NCBI GenBank assembly: GCA_001800245.1
Contig: MGVA01000008.1
Location: forward strand, 2,702-66,701
Reading direction: 5' to 3'
DNA length: 64,000 nt
DNA from: Elusimicrobia bacterium RIFOXYA12_FULL_51_18
GTDB lineage: Bacteria > Elusimicrobiota > Elusimicrobia > Elusimicrobiales > UBA9959
Notes under the pieces: generated by a model
Database searches by the model: none
Told to the model about the DNA's origin: nothing
What the model saw: the letters and a program-made list of their open reading frames with translations, nothing else
In this document: piece by piece, positions 34,084-43,746 of the stretch
Numbering within the stretch: the stretch's first letter is position 1
Layout: each line of letters opens with the position of its first letter
Program-made: the position numbers and the translations under genes

Positions 34084-35463
34084 TCAACTAATCAGATCAA
34101 AAGAGATACCCACAACCTTATCGACATATAATTTGTCCTGGCAGACGTAGCTCGAGTAGTCTAGCTCCTGGTCACGCAGCTTGCGAATAAAGCCACAGAA
34201 CTGTTTTGAATCACCTGCTACGAACTCAATATTCAGCTCGGCGAACGGGGTATTAAAGCAGGAATTCCCGGAAAGATTAAGCAATGCCACTTTCTTGCCA
34301 AGCGCTATTGATTCAAAAGCCAAGGTTGATATCACGCATACGACAAAAGACGCGGAATGCGCGGCAGCGTATACAGATTGTTTGTCCCTGTCTATATAGG
34401 TTACTTTCTCTGAAAAGACCCCGTACTTTTTTAGCAGCTCTGGTTCAGTTGTGAAAAGTGGATGGTATGCAATTCGCAGCCCTTCCTTTTCGGCAAGATC
34501 TTTGTACATTTGAAGGGTTTTCAGTTCGGCTGAAAGAGAGAAACAAACGGAAGTACTGCCTGGGGTGTCGAAATAACATAGCAAACCTGTTGAAATGCAG
34601 AGGATGTCATATTGTTGTCTGACATTTTTAGACTCCATAGAGTGTAGGTAGTTGTACAACCGAAGTGATCCAAGATAAGAGATCTTCTTAAACATGCATC
34701 CCATCTGGACCATAAGAGCTGTGGGTTGCTTTTCGCCCAATGCGACATAATGGTCGGCGAATCTGAAGCAGGTGTCTGCATAATGCGGCCTATATGCATT
34801 CTGAATCAAAAGCAACGGAACCCCGGCCGCTTTTGCCTTAATAGTAGGGCAGCCGTTATCATGGCCGGAGAGGACTAATTTTGGGGAAACCCCATTTAAA
34901 CAATTACCGGTCATCAGATCAATAAAAAATCTGTATACAAACCGCCGTAAATCAAGTCCGTGGACTCGCAAGATTCCGGCACACAAGGACAGGGCATGTA
35001 TGTATTTCCCGGAGTACTTGAGCAGAAGCCCGGGGGGAACCATATCCAACTTGCGCAGGTCGAGACACAGCGTTTTGTGTCTGTTCTCCAGCTTGCTTAT
35101 GAGTTCCTTTCCGTAAAAACTCTCGGCAGCCCCCGGATACCAGCCGTCTATGATGATTTCAGCTTTGATCCCTTTCTTTAGCCGCCCCTCCCGCTTGAAA
35201 GACTTGAATAGCAGGGCAAAAGGCAAAAATAAATGCTTCCAGTCTTTCCGAATGGAGCCGGGATAAAACTGCTGGCAACTCATCAGATACTTTTTAATCT
35301 CAAGATTTATGATTGATTTATGCAACCCAGATGCGGCCGCCAAATGGGTCACAAGCCTATCAAAGGAAAGATCGGAGTCTATTGCATCAATCTGACCGTA
35401 GTTGTGGAAGTATATTCCGGGGTATTCTTGCGGGGTAGTGTATCGCTTAAGGGTGATAGGCAT
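34084..35463 (-). CDS. Hypothetical protein, GT-B-like, lower GC; candidate CMP-ulosonic-acid transferase
   Basis: The ATG at 35463 gives MPITLKRYTTPQEY; an alternative ATG is at 35583, and the track start at 35709 overlaps the divergent gene. Contains RIAYHP followed ~40 aa later by VCVISTLAFESIALGKKV. No family recognised. Confidence 0.4.
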   Translation of the reverse strand: MPITLKRYTTPQEYPGIYFHNYGQIDAIDSDLSFDRLVTHLAAASGLHKSIINLEIKKYLMSCQQFYPGSIRKDWKHLFLPFALLFKSFKREGRLKKGIKAEIIIDGWYPGAAESFYGKELISKLENRHKTLCLDLRKLDMVPPGLLLKYSGKYIHALSLCAGILRVHGLDLRRFVYRFFIDLMTGNCLNGVSPKLVLSGHDNGCPTIKAKAAGVPLLLIQNAYRPHYADTCFRFADHYVALGEKQPTALMVQMGCMFKKISYLGSLRLYNYLHSMESKNVRQQYDILCISTGLLCYFDTPGSTSVCFSLSAELKTLQMYKDLAEKEGLRIAYHPLFTTEPELLKKYGVFSEKVTYIDRDKQSVYAAAHSASFVVCVISTLAFESIALGKKVALLNLSGNSCFNTPFAELNIEFVAGDSKQFCGFIRKLRDQELDYSSYVCQDKLYVDKVVGISFDLIS

Positions 35464-35678
35464 TATGTCTTGCTGGTTCTTTATCGATGTGGAACTATTG
35501 GACGAAGAGCATCTATGCCTACCTGAATCGCCTGAAGGCTCAATTGTTTCCGAAACAAACTTGCGGCCCGCGTAAACCCTCATATCCCTGGCAAAAGAAT
35601 CGTTTACTCTATATTTGCATATTATATAACATATAAGATTGACGGGTCGGTCGTTCCCATTGCCCATACTTGACGGAA

Positions 35679-37160
35679 ATGCCCACGACAAAACATCGTT
35701 TTCTAACAAGCGTACTCTATTATACCGCGGCGCCGTTCCTCAGGAACGCGCTAACTTTCCTGACGTTGCCTGTTTTGACAAGGCATCTGCTTCCGGAAGA
35801 CTATGGAACGATAAACCTCATAACTGCTGTCAGCATGTTCGGCACGATACTTGTGGCTGGAGTGACGAACTCCTCGGGCAGATTTTACTTCAAGTATAAA
35901 GACAAAGACGATCTCCTGGGAAGCATGTTGTTTTCCAATCTTCTGTTCATGATCCTGAGTTCCCTGCTGTACATATTTTTTTTAACCGTACTTTTCGGCC
36001 TTATAAACAACCAAGTGTTCCATGGAAACATGAGCCTGTCCTGGCTGATGGTGGCAGCAGCCCAATACCTTCTTATTTATATCAACTCGACCAATCAGAC
36101 GCTGCTGCAGAATATGCACGAAAGCCGGGGATGGTTCGCCAATGAGGCGGCGGCTACGATCTCATATGTCCTGCTTTCGCTCGGATTAGTGATTTCCACG
36201 GATCTCACCTGGCAGGCGCTTTTGATCGCCGGAGTCGCAAGCGAGACGTTAAAGGCATGCGTATCATTTACCAGGGTCCGGCACATTTACAGACGCGTCT
36301 TCAGTTGGGGGCTGCTAAAAGAATCCCTGCTCTATTGCTGGCCGCAGATACCCTCATCTATACTGGCTTTTTTTTATCAGTATTTTGATAAATTCGCCAT
36401 GAATCGTTTTAAAGGCATGCAGCAGGTCGGAATACTCGACATGAGCAACAGGTTCGGGCTCATACTTAAAATGGCCATGGACGGTATCGGCGGGGCCCTT
36501 TCGCCCGTCACAATGGACCTCCTGACCGCGAACACCGGTGAAGCCAGGGGCAAACTCGCCGAGCTGCAGCTGAAAGTGATCGCCGTAGTTTTAATGCTGG
36601 GGCTGGGACTTATTCTTATATCAAAGGAACTGATAATGCTGCTGACCGTTCCGGCGTATTACGAGGCCATACGCGTAATACCGCTTTATATTTATTACCA
36701 CGTATTCGGCGCGCTGGGAATGATCTCATATTGGCTCATCTACCATAACCCGGCAAAAACATTTTACCAGATACCCATCAATGCCTTCGGGTTGCTGCTC
36801 TCCACAGCCGCCAACATCGTTCTTATTCCGCGTTTTGGGCTTATGGGCGCCGCTTTCGCCATGTTCCTGTCCATGGGCATATTGCAATTCGCCCAGCTTG
36901 TCATCGGATTCCGCCTTACGCCTCTCCCTCTCGATAAGCGAAAAACAGCCGTTCTTTTCACACTGATGTTCGCGGAAACAGGTTTTTTGTATTATATATA
37001 CGGGCTGAACATGTCGCATATAGGCGAAATTATCATTAAAAGCGTAATGTTCTCGCTTTTTCCGGCCGCATGCGTTCTTATGCGGATCATAGAAAAAAAA
37101 GACCTAAGCTTTGCCTACAACCTGGCAGCCGACAAATTCAACCGGCAAATTAGCAGTTAG
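35679..37160 (+). CDS. wzx: Wzx-type oligosaccharide flippase (MOP superfamily), copy 2
   Basis: The ATG at 35679 gives MPTTKHRFLTSVLYYTAAPFLRNALTFLTLPVLTRHLLPEDYG. About 12-14 TM segments. Confidence 0.75.
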   Translation: MPTTKHRFLTSVLYYTAAPFLRNALTFLTLPVLTRHLLPEDYGTINLITAVSMFGTILVAGVTNSSGRFYFKYKDKDDLLGSMLFSNLLFMILSSLLYIFFLTVLFGLINNQVFHGNMSLSWLMVAAAQYLLIYINSTNQTLLQNMHESRGWFANEAAATISYVLLSLGLVISTDLTWQALLIAGVASETLKACVSFTRVRHIYRRVFSWGLLKESLLYCWPQIPSSILAFFYQYFDKFAMNRFKGMQQVGILDMSNRFGLILKMAMDGIGGALSPVTMDLLTANTGEARGKLAELQLKVIAVVLMLGLGLILISKELIMLLTVPAYYEAIRVIPLYIYYHVFGALGMISYWLIYHNPAKTFYQIPINAFGLLLSTAANIVLIPRFGLMGAAFAMFLSMGILQFAQLVIGFRLTPLPLDKRKTAVLFTLMFAETGFLYYIYGLNMSHIGEIIIKSVMFSLFPAACVLMRIIEKKDLSFAYNLAADKFNRQISS

Positions 37161-37177
37161 GGTTATAACAACACCAT

Positions 37178-38281
37178 ATGCGCGTTCTTAACGTAATAAT
37201 GACCCTGGATGACGTAAAGGGAGGAGGCACGGTCGAGAGGACGGTGCAGATGACCCGTCATCTTTCGGCCGCCGGCGTCGACTGTGAAATACTCACAACA
37301 ACGTCTCCCGAAAAGAAGTCCCGGGAACTGACCGGAATCAAAGTCACGGCTTTGAAATGCGTCTGGGAACGTTTTTATTTTCCCCTCCCTGACATGGGAA
37401 AAATAAAAGCGGCCGTAAAGCGGGCGGACGTCATCCATATAATGAACCATTGGTGCCTGCTTAATGCATTTGTTTATCTTACGGCCCAGCTCCAGCATAA
37501 GCCTTATGTTGTCTGTCCAGCCGGCGCGCTGCCGATATTCGGTCGTTCAAAAACCCTCAAACGCCTATACAACATGATTATAGGCAAGGCGATCATACTC
37601 AGGGCGGCCCATTGTATCGCTATCACAAAAAATGAAGTTCCGCATTTTCTGAGCTATGGAGTGAAGCCGGAAAAGATCTCTATCATCCCTAACGGCATTG
37701 ATATCGAACCGGTGAAGCATTCAAAAATCCCCGCTGTTCCTTCCGGGCCATACATAACTTTTCTGGGCCGACTCAACAACATAAAAGGCCCCGATATGCT
37801 ATTGGACGCGTTCATAGCCCTTAAAAACGCCCTTCCTTACAGCCTTGTCTTTCTTGGGCCGGATAATGGCATGCTCCAAGTCCTGAGAGCCACGGCGGAA
37901 AAACACGGCGTAGCCGACAGGACGCATTTTGCCGGTTTTGTGGACCAGGAAACAAAGTCCGCCTTTCTTTCCGGCTGCGAGTTTCTTGTCATTCCCTCAA
38001 GGCAGGAAGCGATGTCCATAGTCGTCTTGGAAGCCGCCATGGCTTCAAAACCGGTGCTTCTTACGGACCAGTGCGGTATTAACGAGGTTGAAGAACAGGG
38101 CGGAGGATTTGTCGTTCCCGCTACTGTGGAAGGGTTAAGGAACGGATTACTGAAGATGTATGCCTGCAGAGGCTTTTTTGTGGAAATGGGGGCCGAACTT
38201 AACGTTTTTGCGGAGAAGAACTACGCCTGGGAAGTCATCACCAAAAAATTCACCGACCTTTACGCTTCGCTTATCGGTTAA
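37178..38281 (+). CDS. Glycosyltransferase family 4
   Basis: MRVLNVIMTLDDVKGGGTVERTV N-terminus and IPSRQEAMSIVVLEAAMASKPVLLTDQCG C-terminal motif. Confidence 0.8.
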   Translation: MRVLNVIMTLDDVKGGGTVERTVQMTRHLSAAGVDCEILTTTSPEKKSRELTGIKVTALKCVWERFYFPLPDMGKIKAAVKRADVIHIMNHWCLLNAFVYLTAQLQHKPYVVCPAGALPIFGRSKTLKRLYNMIIGKAIILRAAHCIAITKNEVPHFLSYGVKPEKISIIPNGIDIEPVKHSKIPAVPSGPYITFLGRLNNIKGPDMLLDAFIALKNALPYSLVFLGPDNGMLQVLRATAEKHGVADRTHFAGFVDQETKSAFLSGCEFLVIPSRQEAMSIVVLEAAMASKPVLLTDQCGINEVEEQGGGFVVPATVEGLRNGLLKMYACRGFFVEMGAELNVFAEKNYAWEVITKKFTDLYASLIG

Positions 38282-39842
38282 CCTTCACCTCAACCGCGCT
38301 TACTTTGACCACATTTTTCACTCTTTCTTTAAATGTCGACGGAGACAGCCATTCGGCGCGCAATAGCCGCGCCATTTCCCCGACATCGAGGTTTCCATCC
38401 CCTTTTTCAATTATTAATCTGACCTGAGGAGGAACAGGCCGATAATCCCTGGTGTTGAACCTCTCCCTGCCAAAAGCCCGGATCTTGGTTATACTGTCAA
38501 TATCTCCGGGCAAATAAAAAGCTATACGGGTCTGTTCCCCATAGATCGCCCTGAAAAATCCGGCAAATTCATAGAAGGCCAGTTCATACGGTATCGGGTG
38601 CATGTACACTGTACGATCCGCTACCAGGAAAGTACTATGGTTTTTTATTTCCTCCGAAGCTTTGAGATACTCCATCAACGCGGTTTTTTTGTACCAGAAG
38701 CGCTGATACGCGATCGCCGTTCTCATATTGCCGGCAATAAAGGCCAGCAAGATGAGAATAACTATCGGGCGCGAGAGACGCCCAAGGAGCAGCTTAAGCC
38801 CATAATAGACCATGATGCTGGATCCCAGTGGCAGGAGAAGCTGAAATCTGTCCACGGAGCCCGGCATGGGATTTTTACCTATAACGATATATGGGAAAGC
38901 GGCCGCCGCGAACGCCAGTATGCCCACCAGGAACATTTTCAGTTCGTTACCGGTAAACTCGTTTTTCACCCGCCCGTGTAAGACCAGTAACCGCAAAACG
39001 GCGGCGATCAAAATGAAAAGAAGGAAAAACGCCCCATGACCGAAAAACGATTCCCTCAAAACACACACAACATTAACCCAGAAACTTTTGACCATGATAA
39101 GCGGGGCCATAAGCGCCCTGAGCGGATCTATTGCGTTATAGTTCTCAGCCGCATATTCGCCCAAGGGCGGGAAAAAATACTTGTTCAGAAGAAAGACAAC
39201 CAACGGCAATATGAAAAAATCGAAGTATTTTATGGGTATCCGTAACAACCGGCCGCCGTCCCTGTAAACTATATAGGCCGCGACCAGTATATAAAACACC
39301 AGGAATGATCTAGTAGTACACGCGGCAAAGAACAACACGACAGCAAGCAGTCTGCGCCACAGCTTCCCCCCGTAGAAATATCCGGCTAAAAGGTAAAATG
39401 CGGCAAAGAAAAAACCGTAACACAAGGTATAGTGCAGCGTCCCGATTGCTATCCGGAAAGTAAAAAACGGGAAAACCGAGAACAGCAGGACGATAAGGAG
39501 CCGGGCCTCCCGCTCCAGCTCCTTTATGGTCGCAAGAACTCCATTGAGGCAAAAAGCGGCGGTCAAAAACGATATAAAAGTCACGGACCTGCAGATCAGG
39601 GCCGGAGCCGCAAATTGGCCGACAAATCCGTACAAATACCCCGGCCAGGACATAAAAAAACCCAGATCACGAAAAAAATAAATATTGTCGGCCGCGGTAT
39701 GATTATAGATCAGCCAGTCCTCCCAATAGATGCCTCTATTCAACAACATAAGGCCATACGATGCCGTATAGGCCAGAAAAATAAGCGAATAATCCCTTTG
39801 AAGAACAGCCGGGATCCGGTCAGCCCACGTTTTAAGGTTCAC
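38271..39842 (-). CDS. Polytopic membrane protein, candidate GT-C fold (ArnT/PMT-like) glycosyltransferase
   Basis: About 11 TM segments, an acidic WEDW motif in the first predicted loop, and a ~130-aa soluble C-terminal domain. GTGA overlap with the upstream gene. Its 3' end overlaps the convergent 37178..38281 by 11 nt. Confidence 0.4.
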   Translation of the reverse strand: MNLKTWADRIPAVLQRDYSLIFLAYTASYGLMLLNRGIYWEDWLIYNHTAADNIYFFRDLGFFMSWPGYLYGFVGQFAAPALICRSVTFISFLTAAFCLNGVLATIKELEREARLLIVLLFSVFPFFTFRIAIGTLHYTLCYGFFFAAFYLLAGYFYGGKLWRRLLAVVLFFAACTTRSFLVFYILVAAYIVYRDGGRLLRIPIKYFDFFILPLVVFLLNKYFFPPLGEYAAENYNAIDPLRALMAPLIMVKSFWVNVVCVLRESFFGHGAFFLLFILIAAVLRLLVLHGRVKNEFTGNELKMFLVGILAFAAAAFPYIVIGKNPMPGSVDRFQLLLPLGSSIMVYYGLKLLLGRLSRPIVILILLAFIAGNMRTAIAYQRFWYKKTALMEYLKASEEIKNHSTFLVADRTVYMHPIPYELAFYEFAGFFRAIYGEQTRIAFYLPGDIDSITKIRAFGRERFNTRDYRPVPPQVRLIIEKGDGNLDVGEMARLLRAEWLSPSTFKERVKNVVKVSAVEVKVNR

Positions 39843-40996
39843 TTTATAGCGCCTCGCGAGAGAAATTCCTGTATTATATCCACGTTAAGGCGGGCCTCGC
39901 ACTCCGGTGAAGTAAGATACCTATACTTATACGCGAGATATCTGGAGGCATCGACCCGGGGGATTACCGGCGTCACGTCCGACCGTTCGATATCATACGC
40001 CTGCGTGCCGAACGCGTCCGCGCACAAAAACGGATAGAGGTTATATTTTATGGACATATACTTTTTAAGTATTTCACTGGTATATATAAAAAACAAAGGC
40101 TTATTATAGATCGCGGCAAAACCGGACGAGTTACTGCCTACGGAAAACGCGAAATCACAATATCTGACTAGCCGGCGAGTCAGATATCGGAAAGTTTTGC
40201 GCCCGTTAAAAGTATTTTCCGCATATTCCGATTTCGGATGGGCCGCTATTACCACACGCGACCCGGACGCCGCCTCCAGCCTTTCAAAAAAATCATTCAG
40301 CTCCTTATAGTATTTCACGGGATCTATAAGGTCAAGGCCCAGCATTTTCAGATCGGGATGCCCGGCCAGATTTTCGTCGAGAAACACGCAATATTTCCCA
40401 TCGACAAGCCGCTCTTCTTCGCCGGAATGCGCCAGGGAACTATCATAGTCGTAGTGGTTGATCTTAACCACTGCCGCCGCGTTGCCGGCATTAAGGCCGC
40501 AGGCGGCCGCCCCCGCCGCAAAAACAACATCATATTTTTTAATATAGCCCAGCCGCTTAAGAACAGCGCAGGCCTTATATGCCAGGAAGGATGACAATTC
40601 CGCCCAACTGACAAGATAATGCAATTTCCCCCATATCCGGCTGATGAAGCCCCCTGAAGGCTGAGGTGACAGTCCGACAGCCATATGCCCTATTTCCACA
40701 TTGTGCCTGGTAAGCATCCTCATCAAGGAAAGCAGGCGCGGTTCAAACGCCACCACTGTGAGTACAAAGACCTCCCCGGCTCTTGGAACAAGATAAGTCT
40801 CAAGGTCCTCCAATGAGGTAAATTTTCTGACGCACGGGGCGCTAATTTCTCCCGGCATCTGAAAATCTTCAACATAGATGGCAGTGATATCCCAATATTC
40901 GAATTCCAACCCCCGCGCCGACATTAGATCCATGCCGAGATACCGCTTATAATTTTCAGTCAGGGGGATATGACCCAGGAATATCAGTTTTTTCAT
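39839..40996 (-). CDS. Hypothetical protein, GT-B-like; candidate CMP-ulosonic-acid transferase
   Basis: No TM segments. VVIAAHPKSEY (H-P) followed ~35 aa later by FSVGSNSSGFAAIYNKPLFFIY. Sits between the amidotransferase and the GT-C-like gene. Confidence 0.35.
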   Translation of the reverse strand: MKKLIFLGHIPLTENYKRYLGMDLMSARGLEFEYWDITAIYVEDFQMPGEISAPCVRKFTSLEDLETYLVPRAGEVFVLTVVAFEPRLLSLMRMLTRHNVEIGHMAVGLSPQPSGGFISRIWGKLHYLVSWAELSSFLAYKACAVLKRLGYIKKYDVVFAAGAAACGLNAGNAAAVVKINHYDYDSSLAHSGEEERLVDGKYCVFLDENLAGHPDLKMLGLDLIDPVKYYKELNDFFERLEAASGSRVVIAAHPKSEYAENTFNGRKTFRYLTRRLVRYCDFAFSVGSNSSGFAAIYNKPLFFIYTSEILKKYMSIKYNLYPFLCADAFGTQAYDIERSDVTPVIPRVDASRYLAYKYRYLTSPECEARLNVDIIQEFLSRGAIK

Positions 40997-40998
40997 TA

Positions 40999-42228
40999 TC
41001 AGGCCGCGGAATCGTCGATGCCGTCATTGTTCACAGTATGGCGGAGTTTCCAGCCAGACGGGGTCTTTTGCCAAAGATGAGGTGAACGGAACTTGTCGCA
41101 CAAGTCCATAAAATATTCAGGTTTCATTTCAAGATACCCCATTATCTCGCCGAAATACTTATCGGGGAACTCTCCGTCGAATCGTTTTACCAGTGCCTTC
41201 CCCTCATCTCGTGTAATATGCCGGTTCCGTATCTCCTGTGAAGCGTCGTAAGTAGCCCGTCCGATCCCGAATTTAATGAAGGTAGTGTAAAAGTGAAGGT
41301 CATCTATTTTGTCATCTATACCATTATATTTGCTGTAAGTACCCTGTGTGCGGAAAGGCCGGGCTTTGAATCCCGTGTTTTCCACTGCGTAATAATAAAC
41401 TTCCTGGGGGACCCATTTTAAATAATAACCGAGATAATGAACCTCTACGGATCTATCCTTGATCTCTTCGGCGGCGGGAGGCAGGAAAGCCATGAGGTCG
41501 TTAAGCTGAAGGCCGTACTTCTCCTTTAGTTCCTTCATACTAACTCCAGCCAGACAAATTTCATCCGTATTTTTCATCGTGTAGTACGATTTATCCCTCA
41601 AAGATGTGGTCGTATCGGCAATGGGATTGCCATACTCCGCCTCATTCTCGCCATAGAACACCAGCGGGATATTATATCGGAGTGAAATTTTCGGGGCCAG
41701 ATTTTTCTGTCCCAGAATGAAAGTCTGGAACGGATGCAGCAGATTTTCTATCGAAAGCTTAGTAAGCAGCTTCATGGCCCGGCCGTTGGGTTTGAAGGTA
41801 ATATTGTCGAAGCCCCCGATCTCTATCCAATTCTTCCAATTCCGATACCCGTAATCGGTATACATTAGCGGCGGCCAGGTTATTGTAAGCGGGTGCATGC
41901 CGTATTTAGATTTCAACACATGGGCCTGAAAAGCGCTGTCCTTGCCGCCGCTCCCGGGCACTATGCAGTCATAGCCGCCGTCACACCTGCGGTGTTTAGC
42001 CAGCAATTTAAGCAATTCCTCTTCGCGTTTTTTCCAATTTATGTTCTCTTTCCCCTCCGCCACGCAGCAGGCGTCGCAGACCCCCTCATCGTTTATAACC
42101 AGGGTCTTCTTTTTACTGTTTATGGTGTGTTTAAACTCAGTGGCCGACGTCGGTCGCTGGTTTGACATCACACACTTTTTGCAGAAAACCACTTTTTGAG
42201 GCAACCCATACTTAGCTTCAAGATGCAT
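40999..42228 (-). CDS. N-acetyl sugar amidotransferase (WbuX/PseA/LfnA-like, PP-loop ATP pyrophosphatase)
   Basis: N-terminal Cys pairs (FCKKCVMSNQRP...CDACC) and the PP-loop IVPGSGGKDSAFQAHVL. The ATG at 42228 is preferred over the GTG at 42240. Confidence 0.8.
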   Translation of the reverse strand: MHLEAKYGLPQKVVFCKKCVMSNQRPTSATEFKHTINSKKKTLVINDEGVCDACCVAEGKENINWKKREEELLKLLAKHRRCDGGYDCIVPGSGGKDSAFQAHVLKSKYGMHPLTITWPPLMYTDYGYRNWKNWIEIGGFDNITFKPNGRAMKLLTKLSIENLLHPFQTFILGQKNLAPKISLRYNIPLVFYGENEAEYGNPIADTTTSLRDKSYYTMKNTDEICLAGVSMKELKEKYGLQLNDLMAFLPPAAEEIKDRSVEVHYLGYYLKWVPQEVYYYAVENTGFKARPFRTQGTYSKYNGIDDKIDDLHFYTTFIKFGIGRATYDASQEIRNRHITRDEGKALVKRFDGEFPDKYFGEIMGYLEMKPEYFMDLCDKFRSPHLWQKTPSGWKLRHTVNNDGIDDSAA

Positions 42229-42229
42229 A

Positions 42230-42880
42230 TCAGGCTCCACCTACTCTTTTCTTAAAATTCGCATACACTTTCAGACCGGTCCATGCGCTTTTTTCCGGAT
42301 GGAACTGGCATCCAAAAACATTACCAACGGAAATACTTGAGCAATAATCTATGCCCGCGTAAACAGTGCGGGAACATTTTATCCCGCTGTCCTCCGGTTG
42401 GACATAAAAAGAGTGGACAAAATACATGTAATCCGTTTCGCATATCCCCTCAAACATGGTACCCTTCCACTCTCCGCCGGGATACTTAAGCACCGAGTTC
42501 CAGCCCATTTGCGGTATTTTGGCGCCTTCGCTGTTTTTTACCGGAAATTTTTTAACGCTCCCCCTGATGATGTTCAACCCGGGGGCAGACCCGAACTCCT
42601 CGCTTTCGCTCATAAGGAGCTGGAAGCCCAGGCAGATGCCCATGAAGGGCTTTCCTGACGCGATAACATCCGCCAGAGGTGCGGCAAGATCAAGCTTCTG
42701 CAGATTTTCCATCGCGTTGCCGAACGCGCCTACGCCGGGCAATATGACGGAACCCGCGTTTAATATCGCGCTTTTATCGCTGGCAATGACAACGTCGAGG
42801 CCTACATGCTCGCATGCCCGTTTGACACTGAACAGATTCCCCATCCCATAATCGATTATTACCGTTTTTTTATCAGGCAT
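42230..42880 (-). CDS. HisH-like glutamine amidotransferase subunit (WbuY-like)
   Basis: VIIDYGMGNLFSVKRA, LPGVGAFG, GICLGFQLL (catalytic Cys), CQFHPEKS. Confidence 0.85.
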   Translation of the reverse strand: MPDKKTVIIDYGMGNLFSVKRACEHVGLDVVIASDKSAILNAGSVILPGVGAFGNAMENLQKLDLAAPLADVIASGKPFMGICLGFQLLMSESEEFGSAPGLNIIRGSVKKFPVKNSEGAKIPQMGWNSVLKYPGGEWKGTMFEGICETDYMYFVHSFYVQPEDSGIKCSRTVYAGIDYCSSISVGNVFGCQFHPEKSAWTGLKVYANFKKRVGGA

Positions 42881-43733
42881 TGCACCCGGCCCCGCGCCTG
42901 CAAGGAATAGAGCATGAACTCAAATACTCCTTTATACCGCTTATTTCAAGCTCTTTTATGTTCGGAAGAGCTTTTCTGCCGCTCCTCACAAATTCCGTAT
43001 TGCCCTCTCCGGTTATTGAGTCGGCACGTTTGCGGGCAACCGCATAGTGAAGAACGGAGGCCATTGATACAGCGTCGGCCCGCCCCTCCTTTATCACATT
43101 TGATATATCAGCAAGATCGCCGCAGCCGCCGCAGGCGATTACCGGAATCGAGACCGCCGCGGATATTTTCCTGGTCAGTTCAACGTCAAATCCCTCACCC
43201 GTCCCTTCTCTGTCTATTGAAGTCAGCAGGATCTCGCCGGCGCCCAGCTCCTCAGCTTTTTTTGCCCAGCCCATGGCCTCAACTCCCGTATATTCGCGGC
43301 CATTATCGGTATAAACCAGGTATCGTCCATTTTCGCACAAGGCCTCGATAGAGAGGACGATAGTCGAAGAGCCGAACATCCTGGAAGCCGTTCGTATAAA
43401 CTCCGGATCTTTGATCGCCGCGGTATTGATCGCCACCTTGTCCGCGCCTGCACGAAGAACTTCCCTTATATCTTCTATCGTACGGATACCGCCAGCTACG
43501 GTAAGGGGAATAAATATCTCTTCCGCGGTCCTGGAAACCAGTTCCTTAAGACTGTTACGCTGATAAAGACTCGCCACCACATCAACATATATCAACTCAT
43601 CCGCCCCGTTCTCATAGTAATGCCTGGCGAATTCCCAGGGCTGGCCAAGCACGCGCAGGCCTTCCAGGTGGATTCCTTTGACCAAATCGGGGCCTTTGAT
43701 ATCAAGCCTGGGGATAACACGTACGTTCTTCAT
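42873..43733 (-). CDS. HisF-like cyclase subunit (WbuZ-like)
   Basis: RVIPRLDIKG, PLTVAGGIR, ADKVAINTAA, TSIDREGTGEGFD and ACGGCG are the TIM-barrel HisF signature. Confidence 0.85.
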   Translation of the reverse strand: MKNVRVIPRLDIKGPDLVKGIHLEGLRVLGQPWEFARHYYENGADELIYVDVVASLYQRNSLKELVSRTAEEIFIPLTVAGGIRTIEDIREVLRAGADKVAINTAAIKDPEFIRTASRMFGSSTIVLSIEALCENGRYLVYTDNGREYTGVEAMGWAKKAEELGAGEILLTSIDREGTGEGFDVELTRKISAAVSIPVIACGGCGDLADISNVIKEGRADAVSMASVLHYAVARKRADSITGEGNTEFVRSGRKALPNIKELEISGIKEYLSSCSIPCRRGAGCNA

Positions 43734-43746
43734 AGCGGGTGCGGAA

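Noticed and set aside
42230-43733. Annotating these genes as histidine-biosynthesis hisH/hisF.
   Set aside because: They overlap each other, abut a PP-loop N-acetyl sugar amidotransferase inside a glycan locus, and have no other his genes nearby. This is the known WbuY/WbuZ-type context.
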